From Eledone cirrhosa (taxonomy: Eukaryota): a stretch of DNA of 64,000 nucleotides. The DNA lies in the NCBI GenBank assembly GCA_964016885.1, contig OZ024743.1, positions 155,868,001-155,932,000 on the forward strand, written 5' to 3'. Numbering within the stretch: position 1 is the first letter of the stretch; the number at the start of each line of letters is the position of its first letter. Position numbers and translations under genes: made by a program. The notes under the pieces were generated by a model. It did not search any database, was not told where the DNA came from, and was given only the letters and a program-made list of their open reading frames with translations. This document shows positions 40,536 through 53,858 of this stretch, piece by piece.

Positions 40536-41799
40536 AACATAAATAATGAATGTAATGACTCAGTAAATTTAAGAATTATATTAATTTATCGCTTGAAATC
40601 ACAGGAAATGTTCCTTAACTTTTTTGAAAATTAGTTCTTCATTAGGAGATAAAATTTAAAATGTAAGAGGGAATAGAAAAACTAAGAATGAGAAGATGAA
40701 GTTGAAATGTCCAAACAAAGAAATTATATATTATATACGGGTTGTGAAAGACGTTTAAACAGACAAAAACAACAACGATACTGCACGTAGGAATATGCAG
40801 TAAATATGTTATATTAAAACCTGAAAAGCACATTCATGACGTGCAAATAGTTTGACCTCACAACAATCATGGTTCCAATTTTTTCTTGAATATAAATAAC
40901 GTCATGTTTGATATTTTATATCACTCGTGCTTAACAGCATTTCATCACAATATTGCTTAGTGAGTGCCGGTGTACATACTTGTCTATATTAACCGTTAGA
41001 GAATTATATCATTTTTACAAATGTTTTCATATTCGAATATTCCGTATCATCGACATTTTATATTTCAATGTTATACAAATTCTTGAATGAAAGTGTCAAT
41101 CAAATGTTCTAGGTGAAGAGGAAACAGTGTGTACTGTCTTTCACATCCTCTCTATCAACTAGTGCTTCTCCATCGTGTTCTACTTCGGCTAATCTACATT
41201 GCGAGCTACAAAAATGACTGCTGTTGTCAGCACTATAAGTTACAGCATGAACTCCCATTAACGAACAACCTTTCATATGTGACATGCATCCACATAAGCA
41301 GCCAGGTTACAACTTGTTTCATATTATACAGCTCGCAAATATTTTGTTTACCTTGCACAGGTATATATAATGCACGAATATATGAAGAAATGCTCCATAT
41401 TCAACTTCATTTCTAAAAACATTATAATTCTTACTCAATGATATTAAAATGAACATGTTCACAGGTAGAAACGCATACTTAGCCGAACGAATATGCAATT
41501 TCACCTAAAATTATGTTCATTCTTACCATTTACACAAGTTGTTCTTCTTTTGGCAGGAGACATTTATAGTGACTTGACCTATCGGAGATATCTGTTTGCT
41601 GGTGCTTGCATGACGAAATCAGTTGCGGATTTTTATTAATTGAGATGTCTTTATGAAATGGTTGCCCTTTATTTTCTTATAAACATAAATTGAACGACCT
41701 TCTTATGTCATTTAGATGCTTATATCTTCAGGTTGACGATGAAATGTTTATATAGCCATATGCATATCATTAGTGATGTAAGAGATATTTCATTTTGTG

Positions 41800-42780
41800 T
41801 TTATATTAAATATTATCTCGGTAGTATTTTCTAAATTCTTTGTAGGTACTTGTATATCCGATCTAGAATTCGAATCTGATCTACTGAATTGCACTTCCAG
41901 GTGTCATGGTATCCAATTTCGTGGGATCCTTTCATTGTGTTTTATTTCTTAATTATGGGGGCATTCGAAAATGTTAGTGTCTATGCAGAATTGAGTTTGG
42001 CTGTGTTAACAAGCTTAACAATGTTTTTGATTATAATAAAATATAAACATTATGGTGTTTAGGAGAGTAAAGCATAGTTTTTGTTATTCAAGTAGAAACA
42101 TTTAAGTGATAAGGGGTCAATAACTCATCACCTTTCTATTTCTTTTCGAACAATTCGTTTCAATAATGTTCCATTTCAATAAGTTTTGGTTAGAATATAA
42201 AAAAAACAAATTTCTATGGAAGCTAAATTTATGTTAGTTTTTACACTATTCTAGGGTAGTCAGTACGTCATTGACTGTATGTGGAGTGGCTTCTTGTAAA
42301 ATTTGTTATATGGATGAATACAATTTCTATGAATCTAATATATCATCTAGGAAGTTCACTCTTCTTATTTTTTCATCTATAGTGATATCAAGTTTTCATG
42401 TGGCTATAACAAATAATTCTTTCCGAAAAATACTTGTAGATTGATCGATCATTTTTTTCTATGAATGGTAAAATCAGTCTTATTTCATGTAGAATATAAA
42501 TGCCATATAATGCACGAATCCCTGCTGAATATATGGAGCCCATTGTAACATTTATGAGATTATTGTTTATTGCCAAATCATTATCAATGTAATTCTATTG
42601 TACTACATTAGGGGATTCCTGTGTAAACTCTTAGTGTCTATTTGCATAGATGTTATGCCAGTGATAGCTTTGTCATGGATTATGGAATTCATAGTTATTG
42701 TGTTAGATATGGATGAATAACAGTCCCATAAATCAGACTAAATGAAGGAACAATTCTTCGTTAATAACACAAAATCGAAT
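41800..42780 (-). mobile_element. Very old Naiad-like PLE remnant
   Basis: LINVTMGSIYSAGIRALYGIYIL resembles the FDVTMGS.DSAE...LVG.YIL RT motif. Confidence 0.55.
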
Positions 42781-44649
42781 GAAAATGATAATTCAATATT
42801 TCAAGTGCAACGGAAAGAGTGAATACCCTCTTTCATATCCTCTCAACCTACTTGCGTTCTTCGACAGTGTTATTCCTGCTGCAGTCTATATTGTTATCTA
42901 CAGAGAAAACTAGCCCATAAACATAAGACAATTCATAGACGCTTTAGTGTTGCGCTATGATGGCATAATGACATCTGAATTATACTTTAGGTTATATTTA
43001 TAGTTACTGGGGAAGATTGAAATAGACTGACATATCTATTATATCTTGGTACCAATTCTGGTTTTACGGGAGAGAACAATCGTGACCATATATATTTTTA
43101 TTGCAAGATGCTTGTCTGAGTTCTCCTTAGATCTGCGTGAAGTAGTCATTAAATCAGACACTCTTTATCGTATGGGAGACGTCATATTTGAACGACAGTT
43201 GGATAGTGTTAAGGGTTAGAAAATTGCATGTACACCTTGTTTTAATATCCTGATAGCCTTTATCACAGAATGATGTCATCCGCTTAGGCCATTTGATACA
43301 ACATTCAGTATTATGAATTTGATATATGTTGTATGGGAGTAGATAACAATTGCTTTTAAATTAAACGCGCTTGGGCTTGCTTCTACACAAAGGAACTAAT
43401 TATCAGATATTTAGTGGATGTTGTAATTAAGTGTTATTATCGTTTACTCATGGTTATTTCTATTTTGGCCAACATTATTTTCAAATCTCATTTTTCACGA
43501 AAGACTTCGTAAATTAATCAAAATGTATATATATATATGTATATTCATATATATGTTTGTGGGCGTGCGTGTGCGTATATGTGAGTATGGCTGGGTGTGC
43601 GTGTACGTGTATGTGTATACATTCATATAATGATAGTTTTCATGTTCCTTCGCAAATCAGCTCACCCTGAAAATACTATAGTAATTCAGCTAAACAGTTA
43701 AATTAAAAAGCTCTCTTTATTTCTACACCACCAAGCCAACAAAGAAAGCAACAGAAAACATTCACACAGATGCTATTAATACCATACATGGGAAGAAAAA
43801 TAACGAACACATGATGAGTACCATCGACAAGAGCTCTGGCACAGCCATAACTATAACAAAAGCGGTGAAAAATTAAATACATCAACAGAAAAACTTTCAT
43901 ACAATGTTTACACAGAAGAAGATGTCTCCACTAACGGTGGAAAACAAATATTATGAATTGCCTCAAGCCGAAACGGATATAAGGTATGAACGCAGGAAGG
44001 CAGCAATAATGGTGCCACGTGACTAGTGGCAGAATGGTGAAAAGGCTGGCTACGACCATTATGTGAGCTTGTGTAACCGGTGATCCAAACATGCAATAGT
44101 CATTCCGGTGGAGAAGGCCCTGAAATTCATGATGGCAGATGTGGCCCCCATGCAATGAACATGACAATTTGCCAGTGTCGAGGTCCAATTCAAAATTGAG
44201 AATAACGTATGAAATTATGATGTGGACCTCGCCGGAGTAATGAGTTTGTCATCTATTTAATAGAATCCTTAAGCATGACTGTCAGCCTGAGGATAACGGG
44301 AGAAAAATCGGAAAAGAGAAAATAGGTTTGGGAGAAGCCTAGAGATTCTGTTTCATGTGAAGCTAGAAAGCAGAAACATCTGAACTAGAATAGGTAGTGA
44401 AGATAATGTACAAGCACATTCAAGCTACCATAATCATTACTAATCGTGCGCATATCTCTCGAGATATGTAAAAGCATCAGGTTATTTTCTATTACGACGT
44501 AACAAACCCAAAGAGGATGATGTTAAAGGGATTCCCAAATAAGATAAAGAGATCAAGCCGCACGCTCTCCCCGCAGCTAGATAACACGTACTTTTATATT
44601 ATTTTCCCTTAAATTTATTTGGCCAACATGGATAATCTAATAGTAAGTT

Positions 44650-45920
44650 ATATGAATGCTTCTGTTATGGGGTTGTCCTGGTATTCGTGTCAACGACATC
44701 AGTTTACTGGTTATGGATATGATAGTCCTCAGTTTGGCTATAATTTATGACGAGGACGCTCTACCACCTACCCATTGTTGATTATGTAAAACCTACGCAT
44801 CTTTTATTCGGTAACGTATGAACAGTAGGATGGTGCTGTTCAGGTAAGGCCAGGATCTCGAGGTATGGAAGATCTTCCCGGACGCAGATGGTAAGTTGAA
44901 CGGAATGGGTTTGCTTCGCCAGCTATCGAGCTACAAATCCAACGACTATTCCCGGTGTAGTTTTGCGCCCGTCAAACTTCATTTCCGAGGTGTTCGACAC
45001 CATCACGGTGATGTCGCCCGTATATACCGCACAAGCGGTCCACGTATCAGTTGAGCGGGATGCCCTATAACAGCTCATGGTTCCGGAGTAATTGAGTGAC
45101 AGTCAATACGTTCAAAAGGTAGAAGAAAAGGAGCCTTTGATGGACACATTGCGTGATCTAAAACAGTTCGGAAAGGTGATCATTTACTTTGACACGCGAG
45201 CAGATGCTGCAGTGAATTGCAGCGATAGAGTCTCTCAAAACAGAAACGAAGACAGCTGATTGAGGGCAGTATCTAAATATGGATGGTGGGCCCTATTGAA
45301 ATCTGTCGATTGATATATATTGATCATAGCCCAACGAAGCTAATTTTGACACCCTACACTCTCTATGATGTATACTATGAGGTGGTGATTGTCCAGTATG
45401 AATCTAGTCGGGATTGCGGAAGTTCTCGCCCCCTACCAAACACTCTATAACAAGAGCCAACCTCTTCACTAGCAACTTCGCCAAAATCTTTAACACTATG
45501 TTTAGCAGAGTTATGGACCTTTGTTCTTGTCTTTCCTTATCAGTGTCACTACCCCTCATAGAAATGGGAATATTTCCGTTCTGCTCCCATTCTGCTCCAA
45601 GTTGAAGTAGGGCGTTCCGAGGAAATCGGATAACTAGTCTGGCATATCTATGTAAAACCCATAAGGCACACCATCCATACCGGATCACTTGTGCCTCGTT
45701 CAGCCAACTAGGGCATCCTGAATCTCGGCTAACGTTATAGGCCTTTCGCAGCTCTCATTATCGAGATGTTCCTCAAAAGACGTGCAGGCGCCTAAAGATG
45801 TCTGGCTGTACGGCCCCGGTTAGGACGTAGACGTCCACCTGTCTACAGTTTCCATCATCGCTATTGTTCACATTCAGAACCACGAACTTTCCATCCGTGT
45901 CCCGGAAGATCAAATCTAGA
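44650..45920 (-). mobile_element. L1/Tx1-like LINE remnant
   Basis: IFRDTDGKFVVLNV (APE region), RSITLLNIVLKILAKLLVKRL and AVYTGDITV (YADD equivalent). Confidence 0.75.
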
Positions 45921-46269
45921 GTTCCAGTTCATATACTACATATAAGAATGAAAATTTGAAAACTCGACTCCGTTTTCCTGAGCCATAAAAATCTTCAAGT
46001 ATTTAAAATCCAAACCTAAGGAAGGGGGAAAATGAGGAAACCTCTCTCGTTGTCCCACCTTACCAAAATCGCCTTTTCTCACCAAATATTAAAACAAATA
46101 GCTTGGAATTCAGCACTTCCATCTCAACTTTGATATTTCTCTTCAAGTGAAAGATGAAAAAGTTAGTCAGAGCTTCTACAAAGAGAAATAGGCAACTCTT
46201 CAGAACATTTAGATATGTACATCATACGACCTCTTTTCTCATTGCCACAAAGCAGTTAAAAAACTGCCC

Positions 46270-46500
46270 TTCCCTGCTGAATGAAGTTGGTTGGGCAATA
46301 TTCAGAAAGGACTCACCTGATAGCCGGATCCGTCCTACACGTTACAGCATGTATTCAACATGAACCGATAAGGCTCGGACACCTGACGAGTGCCTTAAGG
46401 AGGGTTTCATCACCATGCGCGCACCTAGGACAGGAACGGGTGACGAAACTTCCATGCCTGTAGAATCTATTTCCGAGACAACGTATCCAACGACCTGCCT
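46270..46500 (-). mobile_element. L1/Tx1 C-terminal zinc-finger (zf-RVT) remnant
   Basis: FYRHGSFVTRSCPRCAHGDETLLKALVRCP. Confidence 0.7.
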
Positions 46501-46959
46501 GGGCATATAGATAAAAACAAATATATAAGAAAAGTAAGATGACAAACAATGAACTTAAATCAAGATGGTAAACCACAATTCTTAAAGTCTAGTCAAATTC
46601 ATTTTAAACTTGGAAAATTAATGTCAGACTACCATCATATAATAAATGACATCATTTAAATGTAAGTTCTCAGCAAATAACATTTATTATTTACACGTAG
46701 CTCGAGACACACAACATTCCGCAATAGATTCAACTGTGAAAGCATGTTCACTCTATTAATTTCTAAGATTAACTAATGTTTATAATAACAGATGTAATGT
46801 TTAATGTGAAACACACATATTTTGCATTCATAGTATAATGGACTACAATTATCAAATTGAATTAAATAATTTCACACTATTTAAAAATTATTGAAGGTTT
46901 TTATCGCTGACTATCGAGGAAAATTGAATCGGGGGAGGAAGCAGCCGGACAAACACCGC

Positions 46960-47830
46960 TCTTTGTTTATTTTACGATCGTCTGCGAGGCTGGGTGCGAT
47001 GCCATGGTTTGTGGCCGAAGCTATTAAGTTGGATGCGGAGCACGTGTCGCTGCAGGTGGCATCCCAGATGAGAAGCGGAGCGGAGGCAGTCGAGGTGGTG
47101 TTGGTGCAAGCCAGACTCGATCCACCTGACCGAGGACTTGCAATTGATGTCGTCCCAATTACGTTGGACCGTGGTATACTGGGAGATAAAGAGGCTTTCG
47201 TTTGTCCAGTAGGCCAGAGCCTGTTCCATCTTAGAAGCCAGGTCAGTTACGGCGGTCTGGCTGAGAAACTCGCTGACGAGAGCGTGACAGGAGGAGATAG
47301 AGTAGGGGTAGGCAGGTAAGCTAGGTCCGAAGCTGATCGCATGCCGAGGCCACGGAACCTTGGTGGCAGTGTAACCTGTTGCCAGCTTGCGCTGTTGAAA
47401 CTGACATTGTAGATTAGTTCCGCACAACGTCTAATTCCTTTAGAAAATATGCGCGGGGCTTCCAAGAATACCGCGCCGCATCAACGAGAGTTTGGGCAGG
47501 GTGAAACAGTTCCTCAAGAGCGTGGCTGAGCGACAATAAGTCGCAAACTTTCTGTTAATAGGGACAAATCGGCGTGCTTGTTCTCCACGCGTTCTTTTAT
47601 GGCTTTCGGGAGAACGGCAGAGCCGAAAATGCATTTGGCAACCTTGGGGGTTAGCCTAGAACCGCCGAGGGTGGGGAGGGAGCAGAGTACGGTGTTGTTG
47701 AAATCGGCCTCCACCTAGCTGATGCTAGTCACCACGGCCCTGGTTGGGTTGATTTGAAGTCCAAGGATGATTTGCCGAATGTCCTGAACTATGTTGAAGG
47801 GTGACGGAACCGACCGGCTATCTCTTCCAC
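46960..47830 (-). mobile_element. CRE-like non-LTR retrotransposon remnant (RT thumb region)
   Basis: LGLQINP, LLRNCFTLPKL and WQQVTLPPRFRGLGMRSASDLA-LPAY. Confidence 0.72.
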
Positions 47831-47900
47831 TGCCAGTGCAAATAACAGCAGGCCGCGTAGGTCCCGCTACTAGACACGTGTGGCGGAAGTAACACTGTTG

Positions 47901-48092
47901 TAATAATTGTTTCTACTTGTTGGTACAAGGCCAGCAATTATCCAGTGCATTACTGGTACTTTATTTTATCAACCCCATAAGGATGAAAGGCAAAGTTAAC
48001 CTCGGCGTGATTTGAACTCAGAATGGCAAGGGCCGTAACTCTATGCGTCAAAGCATGGCGTCCGACCCTCTACCGATACTGCCAATCCACCG
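47901..48092 (-). mobile_element. tRNA-derived SINE
   Basis: Closely matches the reverse complement of 29963-30151. Confidence 0.92.
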
Positions 48093-48264
48093 AATGATTG
48101 TGAAATTCAACAGACATAGACCGGAACGCATAGACGTACAGACGCGCACTGACATGTATATTTCCATACATACACACAGGCACAGGAACCCACGCACGCA
48201 CATAAGTGTCTAAACACACACATATATATACATACACACTCTCATACATATATATATATACATC

Positions 48265-48392
<128 letters not shown>

Positions 48393-49275
48393 AGTTAAAA
48401 CAATGAAATAAAAATTCAAGTCATTCGAAATATACTTCACTGATTTACGATCGTTCCTAGGTGATAATAATACATCGTATGCATATTTCGTTATCGATCT
48501 ATGTAGGGTTAGTTACAAAATATCAGATAAGGAATATATTTACTTACATGTATATCATCAGCTCTCAAAAGCAATGATAATTTTATTCAAAATCAGTAGT
48601 AAATTGAGTTCTATGACCTTATTTGGAGGTAGCTGAAGAACAAACCAATCAAATTGTTTTTTTCCCAAATGATGTTAAGAAGAAAAATAACTCATTTTAG
48701 TTGAGGTCATGATCCTTTGAAAGAAATTGTTGAATGGTGTTAAAAATAGAATTTCTATAAAGAACCTATGAGGAAAAAGTGATTGTTATATTGATATTTG
48801 AATGTATATGGTATAGTGAAGTTTAAAAGGAAAGTAGAAATTAAATGTTGAGTTGTGTTGTATGGAGATTTTAGGTGAATATAAATCGTGGTCCAGGACT
48901 AGGAAAAATTGTATATTAAAAGATGAAAATGCTAATAAGATAATGAAATATAATAATATAATAATATAATAATATAATATACTGTAATATAATATAGTAC
49001 GGTATGGTACATTGTACATAGTATAATATAGCCTATAATACATCTTAAAATATAAAATAGTAAATATCTTCAAGTGTGTCTATGTATAAGTAATCAAACT
49101 CAGATAAATGTATGTTGACATATAGTCAAAACGCATTATTTTCATAGATCAGAAAATGCATATATTCACATATATAGATAGAAGTATAATTATATTAATA
49201 CTCTATTAAAAACCTATACATACGCTTATATAGATATAAACATATACATACACCTACATATGCGCACACAATCGT

Positions 49276-49344
<69 letters not shown>

Positions 49345-49431
49345 CATAAACGCGCTTATACATAAATATATATATGTACACACACATACATGTACACACA
49401 CACATACACATATACACGCATATACATATAT

Positions 49432-49497
<66 letters not shown>

Positions 49498-49679
49498 TCA
49501 TATCATACATACATAGATACATATATACCCATGCCATTACATATGGTTATGTACCTTGATGACCTTAGTCATGAATCTAAGGAAGCTAAAAAGTTAAAAG
49601 GTTAAAAAATAAAAAAGTTAAAAAATAAGCAGGAAGGCGTATAATTAGGGGAAGAGGATACTAACAAATGTTACGTTAC

Positions 49680-51555
49680 ATGGAATTATAGTGAGTTGCT
49701 ATTTAGAATATTTAATTCGGTTTATAGTACTTAAATGTTTTTCGTATACGGTGATTACAAGCTATAACCAGTTCCTGTCTTTTATTCTATAAATCGTCCT
49801 TAGATTTAGTAATTTCCAAGATCTCCCCTGAACATAATCTGTATTATCTCCTGTTCTTTGCGGAATGGTATTACACGATAGCCTGAAATCTATTTTTTCT
49901 TTTTATAGTTATTTACTGATTCAGCTAAAGATGTGGTGTTAGCTAGTTTAGTATTGTTAAATCTACTTGAGTGTGCGTAATATGTTTTCTTAAATGTGTT
50001 CGATGTAGATCCTATATATATTTTGTTGGAGTCAGTAGTAGACACTGTGAAGTAGTATACACAGTGCATTATATATTACATTATTAATCAAACAGTTGCC
50101 ATTTAAGGGGCAAACGCTTCTATTTCTGCAATTACAACCATACGTAAGATGGTTGTTGGGAGTACCTACTTAGTTCTCATTAATCATTGAGCTATTCTTA
50201 TTCTAATTAATGTTAGCGAGAGAATGGAGGCTGATTTGTGGGTGGTTTAGTGCTAGGGTTGTATTGTGATTTTGTGTTATGTTGTTTTTGTTTTGGTGAT
50301 TTGGGTGGTTGTGTTTTCTAGGTCGAAGGATTGTATTATTTGTCCTTTTAAAAGGTGCAGTCCTATTTAAATTATGTTGTGGTGGTGTGGTCATATTATT
50401 TTTAAATTTATATATCTTGTAGTTGCTTATTTTTTGCTGGAGATTGAAATGATGTAGAGTATGAGAATTTAACAGCAAACCTGTTAAATATTTGGTGCTA
50501 TCTGTGGTTTGGTGGAAAATGTTTATGTAGAATTTCGAAGACATTTTGTGGGATTTGTCCAATAGTTTGCAGGTTGAAGGGTGCGTTGTACCTTGTTATG
50601 TTTATTGTGTGGTCTTTTGTTAAGTTCTTATTACCACTTATATTAATGCGCTGTATTCTAGAAAAGTTCTTATGGTTAGTAATTGTATTTGTGAAATTTG
50701 GTAAATTACAATGGTTGTATTTGGTGTTATTATTGAGTAGATTATGAGCGGTTGAATGTTTGGTAGTCATATGTGAGTTGATAACATTGATTATAGATCG
50801 TGTAGTAATAGTTGTTGTGGTTTTTCGGTTGTTTGGTGTGATAGGTATGACCCCATTAGGAATCTGTTTCGATGGTATTTTGTGGCGTTTGTAGTTTTTG
50901 CTAGCTTTTGTATTTTGGTCCTTAGTAGTGTTGGGGATATATGAAATTGTTTCTTTATATCAACTTCTAGTTCGGGCCTCATTGTAGAAGGGTGAACTTT
51001 TATAAAATATATTCTTATTGGAAGATAATTTAGAAAGTCTAAGAGATATGTTATATATTAAGTTTTTGAGTATAGAGCCGGAGTGGTTAGCGCCTGAATG
51101 TACATAGTGTAGATTCTGGTTGGGTTTGTGGTAAGGTTGATAAATATTCGTAGACAGGTCTAAGGTAACGTCAATGAAGTTAGCTACTTTTGAAGTGTTT
51201 TCAAAGGTGATGTTAAGGTTGTAATAGTCTTTGAGGAATATTCTTTTTTTTTTTTTTTCTCTATATTAGAATTGCTAAGATTGTTAGATATCAATAGACA
51301 ATCATCCCGATAATGACCACCTTTGAGGTGGGGAAAAGAGGAATGAATATTATAGAGGATAGATAATCCAACGAGGTCTGTACCTTGAGCAGAGTGCATG
51401 GATCCCATCGTTATATCGAATAAGTTGTTATATGTGTTTCTTGTCCAGTGTTCTTCTCGGAAGTTTAGTAAGGTTTTTCTAGCGTGAGTTATGATGTTGA
51501 TTTCCTCAGTAAATAAATCCGATCTATTTCTGGCGAAGATCAATGGTTTGCTTAA
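49680..51555 (-). mobile_element. Naiad-like PLE remnant (RT plus GIY-YIG)
   Basis: IITHARKTLL, FDITMGSMHSAQGTDLVGL, HYRDDCL, IYQPYHKPN, CNCRNRSVCPLNGNC and YIGSTSNTFRK. Confidence 0.88.
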
Positions 51556-51716
51556 GATATATATATATATAGATATATATATACAAACATATATACATAC
51601 GCACTCATATGTACAGACATACCTACATAGATATACATACATACACATTCGTTCACAGCAGCTTACGCACACACTCATACAGACACTCACACACACAAAC
51701 ATAAATGTGTGTGTGG

Positions 51717-51770
<54 letters not shown>

Positions 51771-52049
51771 TTGTGTGTGTACCTTCCCATATACACATAT
51801 ACACAGACATATATCTGCATAACTTTGTGTGGAGGCGCGGGGCGACAGATGGTGGTGTGCACTCACCAAACAGATATACCGCACATAGATATAGCAGAAA
51901 TAATAATAACGACGGTCATTATTAAGAGATATTATACAGATACATATTAAGAGTTATAAGAAGCAGAAGAGAGTTCAAATACATTTCTTACTCATGTTTG
52001 TATATTTGATCGTTAAATGGCTGTGAATTAATTGGTATTCGTTAGGCAA

Positions 52050-52630
52050 TGCTTGTTTATATACCCGGTGAACAGGTGATGCAAACATTTCATCACGATT
52101 TCAGGCTTCGCATTTAAACCTTGCTTTTTCAGCTTTATTATTTACAATGATTCCGCAAGCTGCAACCGACAATTTTGATCTCCGAAGTGCAGTCGGTGCT
52201 CGTCTTATGGCGGCCCATTCCATTCTAGAAGTGATGTTACCTTGCTTAAGCCGCCATAACTGCTCGGACAGACTGGTTTGCTATATTTAATGAAGGAGCA
52301 GGCATGGTTATAGAAAGCTGATTTAAAGTCGCTGCCGGTTGCACCTATGCACAAATATTTTCTGCTGTTATCCGCATGAATGGTGCAAAGTATATACGAT
52401 ACTGGAGACCAAGCATTTGTTTAGATGCAGACACTCCATACGGAATCTGCGTTTGTGGGCACGGGTATCTGGCAGGACTGACTTGCGGGCTGGTGAGGAG
52501 TCCGTGACGAGGTTTGGTTGGTTGGTGTTTGTCCGATGTTTGGGAATGTCTACTTCGCTTGCAACCCGGAGTTGCAGGTTGGGTATAGAATCACAGCTAC
52601 CGTCGGTGGTGAGTTTCCTGAAATGTTTCA
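52050..52630 (-). mobile_element. PLE GIY-YIG remnant
   Basis: HLNKCLVSSIVY followed, after frameshifts, by IGATGSDFKSAFYNHACSF. Confidence 0.65.
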
Positions 52631-52675
52631 TATGTAAAACGTAATATCATCGTTTTTTTCTATTATATATATATA

Positions 52676-52726
<51 letters not shown>

Positions 52727-52840
52727 GAAAGAAACGATGAAATTACGTTATATATATATATGTGTGTGTGAGTGTGTGTGTGAGTGTGCGTGCGTGAAAC
52801 ATAAATGTGTCCATCCCTAAACACACACACACACAGACCT

Positions 52841-52902
<62 letters not shown>

Positions 52903-53585
52903 TACACACGCAAGCACACGCACACTCAATCTCATATATGTATATACGTGTGTATGTGTGTGTGTGTATACTTATAAAAATGTGGGTGTATGTGTGTGCG
53001 TGCGTGTGTGTATATGGGTGTGTTGGTGTATAGCAACGGTAAAACAATGTGTAATTCAATTGTATATGTAGAGTTATATATGAAATTGCCAAATACTTTC
53101 AAAATTAGCCGTATGGGTTTATGCAAGATTGGAAGAATAAGAAATGCTTTTAACGAAAAAAGATAAGGAAAGATAGATGTAAATACAGAGCATATATAAG
53201 CATATAGAAAGATAGAATCGAAATTACAAATGAGATCTTAAAAGTAACTTGTGTGAATAAAAATAAAGAAATAAACATGAAATAATGTTACACTACACCA
53301 TTCTCAGGAGTATTTTTAACGAAAATATATATTACATAAATACATTAAAGTCATTCGCCAAAATAGCTGACGATAGAATCAATTAAAAACCACATTAGAA
53401 ATATATTGGTGAGTTGATTTCGCTACCGTTATTAATAATGTTTCTGTTATATCATAAGAGAACGCTATCTAATGAATACTGTTTGAATTTTTTAAAAGTC
53501 TAATATAGGGCCATTAGCGACATTTGTGAAAGAAGTGTTGTTCAGGAAGTACTGTTTTTATAATGACAATTATTGTCATGTTTCA

Positions 53586-53623
<38 letters not shown>

Positions 53624-53638
53624 GTCTGAACATAATGG

Positions 53639-53858
53639 TTTCTAATATAGGCACAAGGCCAGCAATTTTGGGGGAGGAGAAAGTCGATTAAATCGACCCC
53701 AGTGCGTGATTGGTACTTTATTTTATCGACCCCGCAAGGATGAAAGGCAAAGTTAACCTCGGCGGGATTTGAACTCAGATCATAAAGGCCCGTAACTCTA
53801 TGCTGCAAAGTATGGCGTCCGACTCTCTACCGATACTGCCAATCCACCGCCCTTATTA
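53639..53858 (-). mobile_element. tRNA-derived SINE (longer subfamily)
   Basis: A and B boxes. TSD ggtctgaacataatgg at 53623-53638 and 53859-53874. Confidence 0.93.

Noticed and set aside
46380-46455. CTGACGA...GAAAC as a hammerhead on the plus strand
   Set aside because: Stems are unconvincing, and the region is better explained as an L1/Tx1 zinc finger on the minus strand.
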